Positions 61,733-64,000 of a stretch of 64,000 nucleotides of DNA are shown piece after piece. Origin of the DNA: Leucoraja ocellata (lineage: Eukaryota). The stretch's first letter is position 1. Every line of letters starts with the position of its first letter. The notes below the pieces were generated by a model. The model was not told where the DNA came from, did not search any database, and was given only the letters and a program-made list of their open reading frames with translations. Position numbers and translations under genes: made by a program. Where the stretch lies: positions 5,270,001 through 5,334,000 of the forward strand of contig JAWMAR010000024.1 in the NCBI GenBank assembly GCA_036785375.1, written 5' to 3'.

Positions 61733-62907
61733 GCCTAAATCAGTGCGAAAGTCAGTTTATGGTTTGCCAGATTCTACAAAAGAGGCAAATGTTTTTGCTA
61801 GAAAAAAAAGACACAATTAACGTTTTTGCCTCCTATATATTTTTGTCAACAAGATGGGAGAAATAGAGATCTTAGTAAATTTCTAAAAACATTAAAATAA
61901 ATGTTGTAATTTAGTTGAAGGCAGGCCTATTCATGTGATTTGGAAATCAGAAAAACTGATTTTGTTAGGGTAGTGTTCGGTTGGAATGCAATTATATATT
62001 ATTATTATTATTATTATTATTGTGGTAACATTTGTTCTGTCCTATTACAAACAGTGCATCTGTCCAATTTTACAAGTATTTCATTGCATGGTGCAACATA
62101 CTGCTACTGAATATATATACAGAAAGGATTTCCTTGTAAAACTCAATTCAGTTGTTGAAATTTATACCGTTTTCCGCATTATAAAATCGTATTTTATGTA
62201 ATTAGATTAAAGGATGCCTTCTTGGATTGACTTGGAAAGGTTTTTTTTGATATTTGTTTGCATGCTTAATGCAGGCCTGTCATTAATCCCTAGTTTAATG
62301 GTGAAATATATTGTATTGGCTAACAGTTCTGATTATTTTATTATGCAGTTTCACACAAGATAGTCCATTTGTCTTGCACAGTTTAGTTAGTGATATATAG
62401 TAAGCTTTAAATATTTATAGTGAAGCTATCATCGGCTATGTGCAGTGAGATATAACATTTATTGACCTTTTCAACAAAGAATAATGATGGGAAGGATCAG
62501 TTTCACTGATTATGGCTCATTTAGCTTGTGGTCTCTGTCGGATAATGGTTTGGAAATGAGTTTTAAAGTGAAATATTAATGGTATGCAGTGTATTAAGCT
62601 GATTTAGAAACTTCCTCCCCCTACCTTTTCTTAAATGTCATTGTTCATACTTAATTTAAGCTGCAGTCAGTCCCTTGGCTTTGGTAACTGAGTTCAACAG
62701 TTGAGTGTAGTCTTACCCTGAAGGGGAAAAAGATTGAATCACAGAAACCAGAGTTGAATCAGTGGGCAGAAAAGTGGTTATTGAGTTGTAGTTTTTATTT
62801 CAATTATTAATAATTACCTGTGTTATTACTCATTGACAAGAAAAAATATTTCTGTAAGCAATGATCTCTGAGGCAGAGTTATTACTCGGGAAATTCTAAT
62901 TTTCTAA

Positions 62908-63134
62908 AGGACCTGTCCCACTTTCACGACCTAATTCAATACCTTTTTTACTCGTGGACATTTTTCATCAGGCTAGAAAAAGGCCCCGACCTACTTGATG
63001 TTACGAGTACCTACGACCAGCATCACGGCCTACCTACGACCTCCTACGACCTCGTGACGACCATGCTGCGAGTATGAGTCAAGGGCAAACTTGGCAGATG
63101 TCATGAATTAGGTCGTGAAAGTGGGACAGGCCCT
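62908..63134. mobile_element. PIF/Harbinger-type MITE
   Basis: 31-bp TIR AGG(A/G)CCTGTCCCACTTTCACGACCTAATTCA; TAA TSD at 62905-62907 and 63135-63137; internal (CCTACGA) repeats. Confidence 0.88.
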
Positions 63135-63220
63135 TAAATAACTCCAAAGAATCGCTACACTCATTGCACGCCTGGTGGAGATAAATAATTTGTAAGTTTA
63201 GAACAAGTGTTAAAGATACA

Positions 63221-63549
63221 CTAGACTAGTCACACGGGAGGCCTGTTCCCCCAACGCGAGGTGGGGTTGTGGGGGTGGGGCGGGGGGTTGTGGGGGGTGG
63301 TTGTGGTGGCATGGGGGAGGTGGTGACAGGGGGGTGGGGGGGGTGTGGAGGCGGGGGGGGGGGGGGTTTAAACCTCGCTAACTTTTACGACATTCAACCG
63401 ATCGGAATGAAACTCGGTTCAATCGCAGCATGGGAGAACGGTGAGTGAACTGGTGAAAGATTGTAGTGCTATCGCGAACTGTTTTTGCACAAATAGAAGG
63501 ACCACACAAACTGGAAGATAACAAGATCAGAGTTTTAGTTATGTATAGA
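63221..63549 (-). mobile_element. Helitron-like non-autonomous element
   Basis: On the - strand it begins A|TCTATACATAACTAAAACTCTGATCTTG and ends ...GACTAGTCTAG|T (TC start, CTAG end, AT target, no TSD). G-rich interior. Confidence 0.55.
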
Positions 63550-64000
63550 TAGATAGAGCTGTACAGCATGGAAACTCCCCCTTTGGCCCACCTTTTCCAT
63601 GCTAACCAAATTGGCATATTGGGCTAGTCCCATTTGGCCCTCTCTGTCCCTATATCTGTACAAGGCTATGGATTTAATTATTATTCTGTTCATTTTTTGA
63701 CCAATTATGTCAGCTGTTTACATTTAAATCTATTCGGTAGTCTGTTCCTGTTAAAAATTATCATTGGCTGGGTAACTCGGATGACTTTACCACTGAGTGT
63801 AAGATATCACGAACATACCTAACAATACGTTGACATATTTAATTGGTTTTAATGCGAGCCAGCAGCAAGTTACAACAGACCAGATGCAGCAATGTTTGTA
63901 ATTTAAGGAAAGGCAGATTCTGTGATTAAAAAAGAGATTTTGCAAGTAAAAATGTCATGCTTTTTGAATTGTTACAATTGCATTACCTGTCGAACAACAG

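Larger units (their letters stand above)
25200..64000 (+). other. ELP4: Last (large) intron of ELP4, >38.8 kb, containing part of the presumed PAX6 downstream regulatory region
   Basis: Follows the exon-9 donor. I found no terminal exon (expected to start RLHLPP) in the window. ELP4/PAX6 tail-to-tail synteny and enhancers in this intron are established knowledge for gnathostomes. Confidence 0.8.

Noticed and set aside
25200-64000. PAX6 coding exons or the ELP4 terminal exon
   Set aside because: I found no paired-box, homeobox or RLHLPP-coding sequence; both are expected beyond the right edge of the window.

Overview
Vertebrate genomic DNA, almost certainly a cartilaginous fish and probably a skate or ray, judged from HE1-type V-SINEs, CR1/HER1 LINEs and Penelope fragments. 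The window carries four internal coding exons of ELP4 (Elongator subunit 4) on the + strand: 3094-3178, 4697-4885, 23959-24067 and 25093-25199. Their sizes (85, 189, 109 and 107 nt) match human exons 6-9 as I recall them. The large last intron runs from 25200 past the window end. In jawed vertebrates these ELP4 introns host the PAX6 downstream regulatory region (DRR). Consistent with that, the window has transposon-poor, motif-dense blocks, including a strong candidate for the SIMO lens enhancer (clustered Meis sites plus a Pax6-type site, ~40640-40970). The rest is transposon-derived: CR1, Rex1/Babar and Crack/L2-like LINEs; Penelope elements with 15-bp TSDs and hammerhead-ribozyme-like terminal repeats (plus many solo or fold-back copies); five PIF/Harbinger-type MITEs; two hAT MITEs; a CpG-rich palindromic Tc1/mariner-type element; and two Helitron-like elements. 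I found no novel protein-coding system. The most unusual signals are non-coding.
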